Assembly (NCBI RefSeq): GCF_026571515.1
Contig: NW_026865125.1
Coordinates: 1-64,000, forward strand
Reading direction: 5' to 3'
From: Ruditapes philippinarum
Taxonomy: Eukaryota
DNA: 64,000 bases
A program made the translations under genes and the position numbers. Shown one piece after another: positions 26,742 to 38,993 of the stretch (within the stretch, counting starts at the first letter, position 1; each line of letters opens with the position of its first letter). Under the pieces are notes generated by a model. The model was not told where the DNA came from. It ran no database searches and saw only the letters and a program-made list of their open reading frames with translations.

Positions 26742-27685
26742 TTTCTGTGTCGCCTCTACGGAGTAGTGGCGACATATAGGGATCACTTCTCCGTCGTCTG
26801 TCTGTCTGTCCGTCTGTCTGTCTGTCCGTCCGTCCGTCACAAAACTTGTCCGAACTACTGCTCATAAACTACTGGTGCAATTTCATCCAAACTTTACAGG
26901 AATGATCAGTACCAAGTGTAGTTGTGCATATTGTCAGCATTTTCCGGTTCAGTGATTTTTGTCAGAGTTATGGCCCTTTAATAATTTTTAATTTTAAAGT
27001 TTGTCCGGACTACTTCTCTTATACCACTAATGTAATTTCAATGAAACTTTACAGGATTGATCTATAGCTCAAGTCCTTGCGCATATTGCACGGGTTTTCC
27101 GGTTGAATGATTTTTGGCCGAGTAATGGCCCTTTGACAAAACGGTGTTTTTTTCTGTGTGTTGCCAGATACACAAAAGCTTGTCCGGACTACTCCTCATA
27201 AACTACTGGTGCACTTTCATTGAAACTTTACAGGAATGATCAGTACCAAGTTTAGTTGTGCATATTGTCAGCATTTTCCGGTTCAATGATTTTTGTCAGA
27301 GTTATGACCCTTTAATAATTTTTATTTTTAAAGTTTGTCCGGACTACTTCTCTTATACCACTAATGCAATTTCAATGAAACTTTACAGGATTGATCTGTA
27401 GCTCGAGTTCTTGCGTATATTTCACGGGTTTTCCGGTTGAATGATTTTTGGCCGAGTTATGGCCCTTTGATAAAAAGGTCTTTTTTTCTGTGTGTTGCCA
27501 GATACGCAAAAGCTTGTCCGGACTACCCCTCATAAACTACTGGTGCAATTTTATCCAAACTTTACAGGAATGATCAGTACCAAGTCTAGTTGTGCACTGT
27601 CCGTCTGTCTGTCTGTCACAAAATTTGTCCCAACATGAAATTGGCCATCATGAGGCGACACATGTGATTACTGATCGCTCTTGTC
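26742..27685 (+). mobile_element. Helentron-associated interspersed element (HINE) with internal satellite (334-bp dimer of ~156+178 bp)
   Basis: 5' TT, sub-TIR/IR tgtgtcgcc..ggcgacata, (GTCY)n microsatellite, repeats starting at 26845/27179/27513, 3' ggcgacaca plus palindrome and cttgt end. Confidence 0.8.
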
Positions 27686-28647
27686 TTTTACATGGTGACT
27701 TAGGAGACAATATAGCCAAGTTATTTAGTCAATACAGTTATCATATGACTTCTCGCAGAGAAAGAAATAAATACTCAATTTTGAAAACACGAGTTGGTTC
27801 AAATATATTGGCAGTTTACTGAAAAAGGAATTTTATTAAACAAACATAAATTTGAAAAAAAAAAACACACACTTTGGTATAATTTGGTATCCATCAGCTT
27901 AATAATAGCTGCTTTCTTAAAGTCAACGTATATTTTTTTCATCTTTCAGTGCTTTACTAGTATATGTGACTTTAAAGTATAAATGAACAAATAAATGCTG
28001 AAAGTCATTAAAATTTAATTTACAGAAACTTAAATTATGACAAATTTTATTTCTAATGATGGTAACAATTATATTGTGTGGACATACAGTTTTGTAAATC
28101 TATAGTAAAAGACAAGCCGCATTTAACTGAAATTCATATTTCAGTGTTGGAATGCTGATAAATGAAAGTGTAATATTTCACCTTTTAACAGATAAGAGGA
28201 TAAGAGGGGAAATTATTTTGATGACAAGCATGCAGTCAACCATATATACTTCAAAGAATGAGTAACCGACTGATCATTTTTAAAAGTGTTTATTAAATGA
28301 ACAACAGAATAAGAATATTTACAAAGGTTACTCTCTAAATTGTTAAGATAAGTGCATGTACTTATTTCAATTGTACAATCAAAATATTCAAATCATTTTA
28401 TTCACTGTTTGTAATATTTTTAACCATGAACTATGTTACTAACGTGATTGTAGATTTTAAATTTGTATGAACATATGATATGGCAATAATCAATATAAAT
28501 ACTATAGAAAGTAAAATTATTCTCTTTTTTAATAATGTGGGCAATTACAATATTTTGTCAGTTAATGAGGAATACAATTAAACATAATTAACACTCACAT
28601 GAATTCAGAGAATCATAAAAACGTCCTCGTATACATTTTTCTTATCA

Positions 28648-30373
28648 AGTCACGTGATGCTAAATTGGATTGACTAAAGAAAGGACCATTGTCGATCAAC
28701 GGCATGAATATATCTAATATTAAAGAATTACTTTTTTATTGACATATAGTTGTCATAGAATTTTCTACGACTCTATGGCAAAAATTAATACCTTTAAGAA
28801 ATTAAAATATCCGTTGAATACCTAAAGATGACCCCATCACATTTAATTTAAATACTACTTCATGTTTCTGCTGCAAACCATTTACAGGTAATTTGTTTTG
28901 GCAGACCGATATCATAGTTACTTAATGTTCTCTAAAACTGACAGGAATGATGTATACATGAAGTAACCATGCTTGAGCATTGAATTTAAAGCGTATTTTA
29001 TCCTGTAAGTCAATTAATGATCTGCATCAAGCCTTTTTTCTACAAAATCTGAGTATAAATTAAAACAAGAGGGTCATGATGGCCCTGAAATCGCTCATCT
29101 GTATATAGGTCCCAAGGGCGTGCCAATTTTAAATCAGGGTTTTTTATTTGAACGAACTTGGTAGACACCAATTAGAAGATAAATATCTAAGCTCTTTGGT
29201 GTTTTTAAAAAAATGATTTTTTAAGTTTTCACTATTCACATATAGGAAAAACAATGATCCCCAATTTTAACCCAAGGGCCCTTATTTGAACAAACTTGGT
29301 AGACACACATAAGAAGATGTTTAACGCTAAATATCTTAGCTCTAGCTCTAAGGGTTTTTCAAAAGAAGGTTTTTTATATTTTTTTCTAAATACATAAAGG
29401 GGAAAACAATGACCCCCTGGGGCGTGGCCAATTTTAACCCCAGGGCTTTTATTTGAACAAAACTTGGTAGACACCTACTAGAAGATGCTTTATGCTTAAT
29501 ATCTAAGCCCTAACTATTTGGGTTTTTTAAAAGAATATTTTTTAAATCTTTACTACATACAAATAAGGAAGATCAATGACCCCCGGGCGAGGTCAATTTT
29601 GACCCCAGGGCTTTTATTTGAACAAAGTTGGTAGACACACACTGGACAATGTGTCACGCCAAATATTTAAGCTCTAGCTCTTTCGGTTTGTAAAAGGAAG
29701 ATATTTAAAGTTTTTTCGGTTGCCATGGCAACCAGAGTTCTGCATGGAATAAAATTGAACATTTTTTAAAGTTGACTACCAAAGAAACATTCCTGTGAAG
29801 TTTAGATGGAATTGACTAAGTGGTTTATTAGGAGATGTCGTTTAAATTAAAAAGTTTACGGACGGACGGACACCCGGCGAACAGCGATCATAAAAGCTCA
29901 CCATATCACTTTGTGACAGGTGAGCTAAAAACGCACACAAACGGAGATAAGAAAAAATATCTCTCGAAAACTGAATACACCTTAAACCAACATATAACCT
30001 AATTTCTGTGCAAAAGATAAGCTTACTACGCTTCATAATGATTAACACACTTATTGACTAATTAAAGCCGCCAAAACGTGCCGTAACTTGGCCCTAGACA
30101 CTGGCAGTAACAAAAGTTATCGTAAAAAGTCCATGAAAAATTGACTATAAAGTTTTTCCTGACACGTAATACAATTTGTAGGGAAAGCCTAATCATCAAC
30201 GTTTAAATTAGCATCTCAAACTCCCCATTTAGAGGTAAAAATCACTATTTTTCAAGTGTGTTTCTCCAGTTTACAGTTCAGTTTACCGACAAAACCAGGA
30301 ACCCCATGACAGTTAACATAAGAACTCCTGACAAGTTATAATAAGAACTCCATCTTTCAGTTCCTCCCACGTG
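28648..30373 (-). mobile_element. Truncated, older copy of the family-2 CAC-TIR element, interrupted by a HINE
   Basis: Ends ttcctcccacgtg at 30373. 29930-30373 matches the 48680 arm, and 28648-29060 matches the reverse complement of internal 49420-49835. Confidence 0.75.
29064..29930 (-). mobile_element. HINE with ~165-bp tandem repeats
   Basis: acaagagggtcatgatggccct...gctcatctg end; (GGAC)n at 29859-29872; agctcacc..ggtgagctaaaa end; tttatttgaacaaacttggtagacac recurs four times. Confidence 0.85.
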
Positions 30374-30724
30374 TAAGTACCATATGTGATAACAAACCAC
30401 AAATGTAAGATACATGATCTTATACGACATACATATTTATATAGAATTATATAAATAAATTATAACTAGGCAGTCTTAAAACTTTCACTGATATTTTTAT
30501 CAAGCTTTAGATGTATACATTTTGTAAATATTCAGACGCAGGACATTTCAATGGTTAACTGAGGAAGACGCATCACCTTCTTTGGTTGTAGCTCTTAGGG
30601 AAGTTTTGATTGCGGCTCTAAATAGATTTCCTTTGAGCGCTGAGAGCCATCGCTGGGCGGGGGCAGCGCTCAGCTTTTTACCTTTGCTAAAAGCAAAGAA
30701 ATAAACGGTTTAAACAAATATTTC

Positions 30725-31480
30725 ACAAGGGCTACATTGGTGCAAAATACGCCCGTCGCTTTTGATAGATATATGGGCATTATAGAAATGTGTATAGGAG
30801 ATATGCTCAGGGCAATATCCGGACAATACTAGTATCGAAATATTTTATCATCTCTAGTGACCTTGCAAATATTAACCAAATTACATGCGTCACACTTGTT
30901 GTCATGCTAGTTATCATATATGCTACAATCCATCAATATATGATGACTAAATGGTCTTTGTACACATCTTCTGTTGTTATCTTAACTTTGACCTCTCTAT
31001 GTGACCTTGACTTTAGCAGGAATTTGGATTATGCGCGCAATACTTAGCCTAACAATAGTGAAAGTTTGTGCCAAGTTACATTTAAATCCCCCGATTAATG
31101 TAGAAGTTTTGCTCCGAAAAAATATTTTTTCAATGACCTCAACTTTTAATCTAGAGACCTGGTTCATGCACGTGACACTGCTTCTCATAGTGATGAACAT
31201 TATTAATGAAGCTTCATTAGAATCCAAAGTGTCACAGCCGAGGTAATGATAATAACTTTTTTTAACTTTAACCTCTATGTATGTCCTTTACCTTGGCTAA
31301 AAGGACTTGAATTTTACACGCGACACTCTGCCTCACAATGGTGTACATTTGCGCCAAGTTATATTGAAATCCTCCGATGCATGTAAAAGTTTTCCACGCG
31401 TTTTTAAATAAACTCCATGAAGTTTCATTAGAATCCCTCTATGCGTGTAAGAGATGTGCCCTGGACAAATTGGTATATTT
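30725..31480 (-). mobile_element. Degenerate HINE-like element
   Basis: acaagggc..aaatacgccc end; tgaccttga, gccaagtta and cgygacact motifs recur at about 280-bp spacing. Confidence 0.5.
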
Positions 31481-31790
31481 CTTCCTTTTTTGTAATCTTG
31501 ACATCGTATATATTGACAACAGTCGCAGCCGTAGTAATGATTATGACTTTTTAAGTCGCCATTCCAGCTTTTATCAGTAGAATGAACATTTACTAGATTG
31601 GTGTATGTCGCCTACTTGTTTTCACCAGAGAATGACCTGTGCATGTGCACAGAGGGTACCGCTCTAGTATATATCGCAAAGGGGGTACCGACAATTGACA
31701 TAAAGAACTAATAAAATCCACATTATGTACAGATAACTAATATTAATTGTTAATCGTCAACACACAACGCACTGAATATTCTTGAAGAAT

Positions 31791-33275
31791 CTAAAATGGC
31801 CGCAACTGGCCCTCCAAATAGTTCAGTCGTAGATGAATAAGCCTCGCTTCATCCATAGCCATCACGTCACATACGTTATTCAACCGAGCAGTGAAAATGT
31901 GATCGCTAGGCTTTAAACATAAAACGAAATTAAATAAAAGCGAGGAATTTGCCTTCAACTGTTCCTCCCATTTTCCTCCAATTGTTCCTCCAAATATTTG
32001 AAATATTTCAGCTCTTTAGTTTTAAGATGATTCACCGACATGCCTATCTCATCAGCGATATTTTCAATAGTGTTGTCATCAAGGGAAAACGCAATTTTGC
32101 ATTTCTCATGCATTTTTCGTGTTTCATAATTCAAATGGCCACCACTACCATAGAACGAAAGTAAACATTTTTGCAACAAAAAATGCCCTTTTTTTCAGTT
32201 TTCTTTTCTTCTCTAAAATGCTTTTTAAATGATATTCTAATACCCTTCGTAAGGCACATCTTTTCTTACTCAATATTCTGTTAAGTTTAAGCAACAGATC
32301 TGGGGAAAAAATTTGGAAGAGTCTCTTGAGCTGACTAAATAGATCCCACTTCTCTTTTGATTAAATTTCGATTTTTTAAGGTTGGTAACAATTTCCATTT
32401 TTATTGTCCGTAAGCAATTAGCCTCGTTGTATGTACTCGGATGATCACTTTTCTCATTGTTTAGATCTGCGTCAATTTTTGTCCGAAGAAAGAAAATGTA
32501 GCTCCCAAGTTTAAGGATCTCATTGGCTAGCCAATCGTCATTTTCTGAAAATCTTGAGGCAGACACTATCATAAAGGCATCAAACTTCTTTAACCTTTTA
32601 CCCCATGAGCATATTGCGAAAAATGACCATTTTCACTGAAAAGCCTCCTGTAACAAGTTCAAACTGCTATGAAAGTATGAAAAATGCTTCAATACTAATG
32701 AAACTTGGCACACATGTTGACTACACCCATAGCCTCTGTAACAGCATGCTCAATGGTATATTACCTGTTACCATGGCAACGGGGGGACGTCTCAAAATTG
32801 CCAAAAATCACTATTTTGCATTGTTTTTTTTCATCAAAACTGATTTCAAAGTGCTGCAACTTCTCAATGAATTGAGATAGAGTAAAAGGCTTTTCAGCGT
32901 CCGTTACTAGCTACCCTAAGATCGACCTGAGGCCATTTTAAGCCTGTCACATGTCCAAAATTTTCTTGGAGATGAGGGGAACTCCGCTCCCCTTCAAACC
33001 CCCAAAACAGAAGGGGGCACATCCCCCTTCTGAAACCCCCTGATGTAATATTTGGATGGGGGACGGCGCCGAAAAAGTTGTCACTTTTTTGAACAACATT
33101 TCTCAAACGAAAAACAGTGTTTAGGGCCTAATCAGGGCATTTTTTCACTGTTTGAGGCCTCAAAAAGGGGGGGGGGCAAAAAGCCGTCGAAACACGCTTA
33201 TATAAGGGAACTGCCATAAACCTCTTTCTTAAAATTTTGTGTCCCTACCCCAGGTAAATCCCAAAGACTTATATT
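31791..33275 (-). pseudogene. IRG/IIGP GTPase pseudogene, paralog of 54798-55904; 5' part including G1 missing
   Basis: SLWDLPGVGTQNFKKE (33275-33222), ~600-bp insertion, then EFDAFMIVSASRFSENDDWLA..FFLRTKID..YLVSSR, frameshifts, and ..EGQLRPF*. 3' flank aatcgtcaa..gcactgaatattcttga is shared with 54733-54766. Confidence 0.9.
32594..33205. mobile_element. Non-autonomous DNA element inserted at TTAA (piggyBac-like left end), right junction eroded
   Basis: Interrupts the IRG pseudogene exactly after TTAA (32590-32593) and starts CCTTTTACCCCATGAGC; GC-richer than its flanks. Confidence 0.55.
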
Positions 33276-33972
33276 TTACATAAAGTTATTAAATACAAAT
33301 ATAACAACTTATTTGTTTACTTGATTTTCACGAATCAAAATAAAAATAATTAACGCAACATGAAATTAACTGCTTATAATAACAGCTCCTTCCATAGGCC
33401 AAAATAAAAAGCATTCCATAAGAGATGACGTACTCCGCTCACCGGCGACGCCAATAAACAGATTCTTTGGAATTTTCTCTTTTCCAGCTTGAGTTAAGCG
33501 TTAAATTGCTTATAAACCTCGCCAAAATCCAAATAAGGATAAGAAATTGTCCAATATATTACAACCATTTTTTTTCAGAAGAATCAAATCAGTGAAAAGT
33601 AAACATTTATTTATTTTTTTACATCTAAATTATAGGCAAAATAAAGGATTTGTTTGCAACTTGGCGTGCGCAGCACAATGGAAGGGAGTGAGTTAGCTGT
33701 ATGAAATGTCTTTTTATATTTTACCTTGTAACTAAAAATCAGTATATCATTTTTAAGTTAGTAATATTCATTAATTTTATATTAATTTCAAATTATTTAG
33801 AATAGTTTTGACACTGTGAATCAGATCTTTGCAGTGAATTATTGCCAACATCTATTGTCACAAACCAAATTCAACTTTTGTTTATTTGACCTTAAAAAAG
33901 AATACAACTTTGTACAAAATATATCACTACAGAAAACTGTTTCTACTGTATTATTTTATTGTATATATATTA

Positions 33973-34180
33973 TATTAAGAGGATATTTTTTCGTTTGAGT
34001 GAAAAATGTAATATATTTTCTCGAAACATGATAAAATGCCACATATTTTCACGAGCCGGGTGAAACTATATACCATATTTCACGAAAAACGAAAAAATAA
34101 CCTTTTATTTAATTTCATTATAGAAAAGATTGTTACGAATCCTATTGCTTGCTACGCAACTGCAATTGTACAGCGCGCAG

Positions 34181-34225
<45 letters not shown>

Positions 34226-34750
34226 ATATATTATATATATATATATATATATAATATATATACAAAAAAACACAGTCCATGAGTTAACTTATTTAATTAT
34301 TATTTTAATTTTCTCTTATGATCATTAGGGCAAATGTGACGTCGTCGCATAGTAACGACGACGTTTTTGTGTGAGCATGTGTACGCATAATCTAAAAATA
34401 GTAACGTCATAATATGGTATTAAGTTTTGGATTAAAAACATCAATAAAATAGCGTTCTTTGAAATGTTTTTACTGTGAAATTGATAAAATGGGAAAATAC
34501 AAAATTTCGGGTCTTTTTTAGAGCATTTATCTAAATGTTCACTTAAAGGTAATTGTATTGTTGATAGGTCTCTGATCTGCTGAGCATGAACAGTTTTTTA
34601 AACAAAATGGCGAAAGAAGTCCTTAAAATAAACATGAGTTTTGACTCCGCCCACTTTCATATTATTTCATATTTATTTTTTACAAATATGAAACATATTT
34701 GACTGATATAGCACCATATTTCATGGGTAAAATTAAATAAATATATATAT
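33973..34750. repeat. Interspersed repeat family (unclassified DNA-transposon derivative); relatives at 43640-44010 and 56260-56870; contains (AT)n at 34183-34262
   Basis: Shared blocks atattttctcgaaacatgataaaatgccacatatttt and gagttttgactccgcc...gactgatatagcaccatatttcatgggtaaaatt. Confidence 0.7.
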
Positions 34751-34834
34751 TCTTTATTATACGTAGGACATCTATACATATTTAAACATAGACAAATATA
34801 CAACGAGAATAATATGTATAACCATATAAGACAC

Positions 34835-36329
34835 ATTATTGTCAAAACTAACAATCTACATGAACCAAATCAATCTGCATACAGGAAATTTCATTCCACA
34901 GAAACTGCACTTATCAAAGTGCAAAATGACATTCTCCAATCTCTTGACAAAGGCGAAGTTACAATATTAGTAATGCTCGATTTATCTGCTGCCTTTGACA
35001 CGATTGACCACAACACTCTTTCTTAATCGACTCGAATGTGACTTTGGTTTTACTGGAAAAGTGCTCGCTTGGTGTAGATCTTATCTCAGTGGTCGCTATC
35101 AGACTGTTTGTATTGATGGAGAACTATCTGACCCTGTGCATATGACATACAGTGTCCCTCAGGGCTCTGTATTAGGACCAAAATTTTACATACTTTTCAC
35201 AAAACCTGTCGGCGAAATTTGTCGAAAACATGGTCTGCAATGTCACTTCTATGCTGATGTTTCTCAAATATACATTTCTTTCAAACCGTTGGACAACACA
35301 AAAACTGAACTTGTACTTGATTCTGTCTCAAACTGCTTAAAAGAAATAACATTCTGGATGAACAGCAACATTCTCAAACTGAATTCAGACAAAACAGAAC
35401 TTATAGTCTTTTCGTCGGGTAGCAATACAGACTCAGTGAAAAATATAACTGTCAATGTGGACCAAGCTGAAATCAAACAGTCATCAAGTGTAAGGAATTT
35501 GGGTGCATTCCTTGATTCAAGGGTTAATATGGAACATCATGTTAGCTCCGTGTGCAGATCTTCGTATGCCCAAATAAGTAAGATAGGACGTATTCGAAAA
35601 TATATCAACGAAGAAGCTACAAAAACACTCGTTAACTCTCTCGTGACATCAAGACTGGATCATTGCAATGCTCTTCTATATGGTATACCTCAACAAACCA
35701 TGAAAAAACTTCAACTTGTTCAAAATACTTCAGCCCGTGTGATTAAACGTACATCTAGGAAAGATCATATTACACCAGTGATGAAAGATCTTCATTGGCT
35801 GCCAATCGAATATAGAGTGAATTACAAGATCTTATTACATACTTTCAAGTCACTGAAACAACAATCTCCATCATATATGCAGGAAATGATTCAAGTTTAT
35901 TCCACTTCCCGAAATCTGCGCTCTTCAAATGCACCTGTACGATTAGTGCAACCAAAAACTAAACTGAAATTTGGTGAAAGGAGTTTTTCGGCATCAGCTC
36001 CTAAGCTATGGAATTCACTACCAAGTCATCTAAAAAACTGTAACACAGTAGAAAGTTTCAAAAAACATCTTAAAACACACTACTTCAATTTAGCTTATGG
36101 AAAATAATCAGTGACTGTTATGAATGAATTTTATAAACAGTGAATACGAAGTATCTGTTATTTGAATATTAGTTTTATTAAAAAGTTTTTTTTTTAAACA
36201 AACAATTTTTAAATCAATTTAGTATTTCTATTGTTTTATAACGATGATTTAGCAAGATCTTATCTATTATTATAAATCCATTGCTAGCATTTTTAAGCAC
36301 AGAATATTTTCTTTTTTTTAAATAAATAA

Positions 36330-36363
<34 letters not shown>

Positions 36364-37024
36364 ACATTGATTTATCATAATAATTACATGTGTTATATAA
36401 TATATGGCTCGTGAATGCAGAGGGGTCAGATTTCAAGAATATTTAGTGTTAAGGTGTGGGGCGTGGCCCTTTCCTCCTGTGGTGATAGTAGTGATGTCAT
36501 CCTGGGGGTCTGCATGCGCTGTGGGGAGGTATCTGACTCCCTCGGTACTGGACCTTGGTGTAGCAGTACTCATGCTATCCAGGTTCGTTAGGTTCAATAT
36601 TCTTTTAGTCTGATGTCGCTGTATTCATTCTTTTATCAATCGTTCATATATTTTCTGTTGTAAAGTATGACAACAAAACAATGAAAATCATCAATATGCA
36701 TTGAAAGTAGCTTTTAATATTTATTTATGAGTTTATGTTAAAAGGCACATTATTTCTTACACATTTAAATATTGAAGACAATTTTAATGTATGACAATAA
36801 TATTGTAAAGTGAGTTTTAAGGATCTTTAAGTTATATTGTATTAATATGTAAAAATAATTCCATAATTTATACTTTTAATTAGTTAATGCAAAATATTTT
36901 TAATGTTCATAATCCTGTTCATTTATATTGTTTTAGACATATATGATTGATGTAAAGCGCCTTTGAACATTTTAATGAAAAGGGCGCTATATAAATGTGG
37001 TATTTATTATTATTATTATTATTA
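34835..37024 (+). mobile_element. 5'-truncated L2-clade LINE (RT + C-terminus + 3' UTR + (TTA)n tail), inactive
   Basis: [39 protein letters not shown] (YADD mutated), SRLDHCNALL, LHWLP. Frameshift at ~35020; stop at 36107. L2-type end aagcgcc..ggcgctatataaat..(tta)n at 36955-37024. Confidence 0.92.
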
Positions 37025-38993
37025 TGTCTAAATTATTTTATTTTCGCCGACTTTAGATAACAAATTGGCGAGTCTGTTTATACCAACATGCTTTATGTGC
37101 GTGAGACATTTAACTTCGTAATGAAATAACTTAAATATTTCGAATGGAAATTGAAAGACTACAACATTGACATAATACGCATTAAAACTATTTTAAGGAA
37201 GCTAAATGATCGTGCGATACTACATTTTAGCTGTGAATACGATAACTTTTCGTCACACTAAACATTTAAGCTGTTGTGTTTGTATTAAAGTCATACAAAC
37301 CATTTTAAAGCATATTTTCCTTGATTATATCTCACGTTAAGTTATGGAGTAACAAAAGAAAAATAACAAAGAAAAAACTTAACTTGTTACAAAAGGAAAT
37401 AAAACCCATCTGTTTTACGAGAGAGACACCTGGCTATGTTTTGTTTTTCTAAAATCAAATAACTTTTAAACTTTTTAAAACAGTGTACACGTTAGACTTT
37501 GTGCTATTTCTCTTACAATCAATATATGTACTTCATGTTATTTTCATAATTTTAGAAAAAGGCAATAGTAGTACAATAAGCTTAAATATCCCCTATATCC
37601 TTAGTTATAGCACATAGCTATATTTGATATATAAGTCTCTGGCGATCCCACGACCAAAACCGGCACTCGGCGTACACTCATAATAAGCCAATGTACGCCC
37701 CTGGAAGGGGATGTTGTTTCAAGACTTCCATACAGATCGTTGAGGTTTGTTTCCTTTAACGACACAATAGGCGGACAATATTTAAATTCCAACATTTCCA
37801 AATGAATTGTAACTGTTAATCAAATTATTCTATATTAATCAACGGCGGCCTGACACTTTGTCAAAACACAATGCTGTGTAGTACAAGAGTCTTAGCAACA
37901 TATTCAAACCGACTTTGGTAAGAAAGTGCAGCATAGCCCTGGTGATGTGTACTAAGATATACATGTATATGACTGGAATGTGTTGTCTGGTAAAACGTGC
38001 CATAATTTATATATTCAATTTTCATCTTTAAAAACAGAGATTGGAAAGCAAAATTAAACTTTGATGATTAAGTTTGTCTTACATATTGTACTAGGTTTCA
38101 GTGTTTCTTATTTAGCATTCATTTTATCATTTGAAAAGTATTAAATTGTTTCACTTTACGATCCCAGCTCCCGACATCGATCGTTATTCTATTCTATTCC
38201 TTCATCAGCGTACGTGCATGTTCGTACTTATTTTATTTCTGCCGAAAATAGCATTCGTTCACCTACTACACCCCGTACACTTGTATACACCCCGTAGATA
38301 ACCATGTTAGCCTCTGTACAAAAGGCAAGACTGTTTTTTGCAAATTTTGCTAAAAGCAGCTCGAGTTGATGGGTAACCTCTCAAATACAAGTAGAAGGAA
38401 GTCTATATTATGAATTAAAGCAGATATGCGTTTTGGGCTTGATATCAACATCGTTCGCAAATGTCAACAAATACGCTACAATTTATTGCAAATTTAACAA
38501 AAAGCATACAATTTGCAGAAAAAAGCAAATACTGCTCTAAAGTCAGACTTGTTCAGCTTCACAAAATTGTTTAACTTGGAAAAATAGATTAAGTTATGAT
38601 GAAAAATTACCTCGGGTGAACTCGACGTACTGTTTACTTTCGTTTACGATGTTTTGAGGGGCTATTTCCGGTGAACACTGCACAACATGTTTACAGTGTT
38701 TATTCTCTAAAATCGTTATATATGGATATCGAAAAAAATGCGAAAATACATATATATCTCTGGTACAACTGATTATAAGATAGAGTTTATAACTATACCT
38801 GCAGGAATAAAAAATATCTTTATAAATTACTTTAAAAGAGAGCTAAAAATTAAACACTTCAGTGATAATACATAATCAACACTAATAAATGTTTACACAT
38901 TTAAAGTGAGTAAATTTATTGAGAATAAATGTTAATTTAAGTTGTAAATAGCTGAAAATGGGAAAAATACACATAAAATTGTTTATGTTAATA

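Noticed and set aside
22143-30378. TE-mediated inversion flipping CNRIP1 C (flanks TCTTA and TAAGT are nearly reverse-complementary)
   Set aside because: The 22143 arm shares subfamily-diagnostic sequence with the 19012 arm, while the 30373 arm resembles the 48680 subfamily, so they are not two ends of one insertion. No reciprocal left arm is present.
33973-34750. Repeat upstream of the IRG pseudogene as a co-duplicated intron (similar offset to 56260-56870)
   Set aside because: The intervening sequence and repeat interiors differ, and a third family member at 43640-44010 indicates independent insertions.
37601-37801. 66-aa minus-strand ORF as a host exon
   Set aside because: No recognisable domain or clear donor; it contains palindromes (ggcgtaca..tgtacgcc) typical of non-autonomous DNA elements.
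38260-38993. Complete 3' LTR of the Gypsy element
   Set aside because: Only the PPT and TGTCACGGG start are visible; no matching end or second LTR defines its extent.
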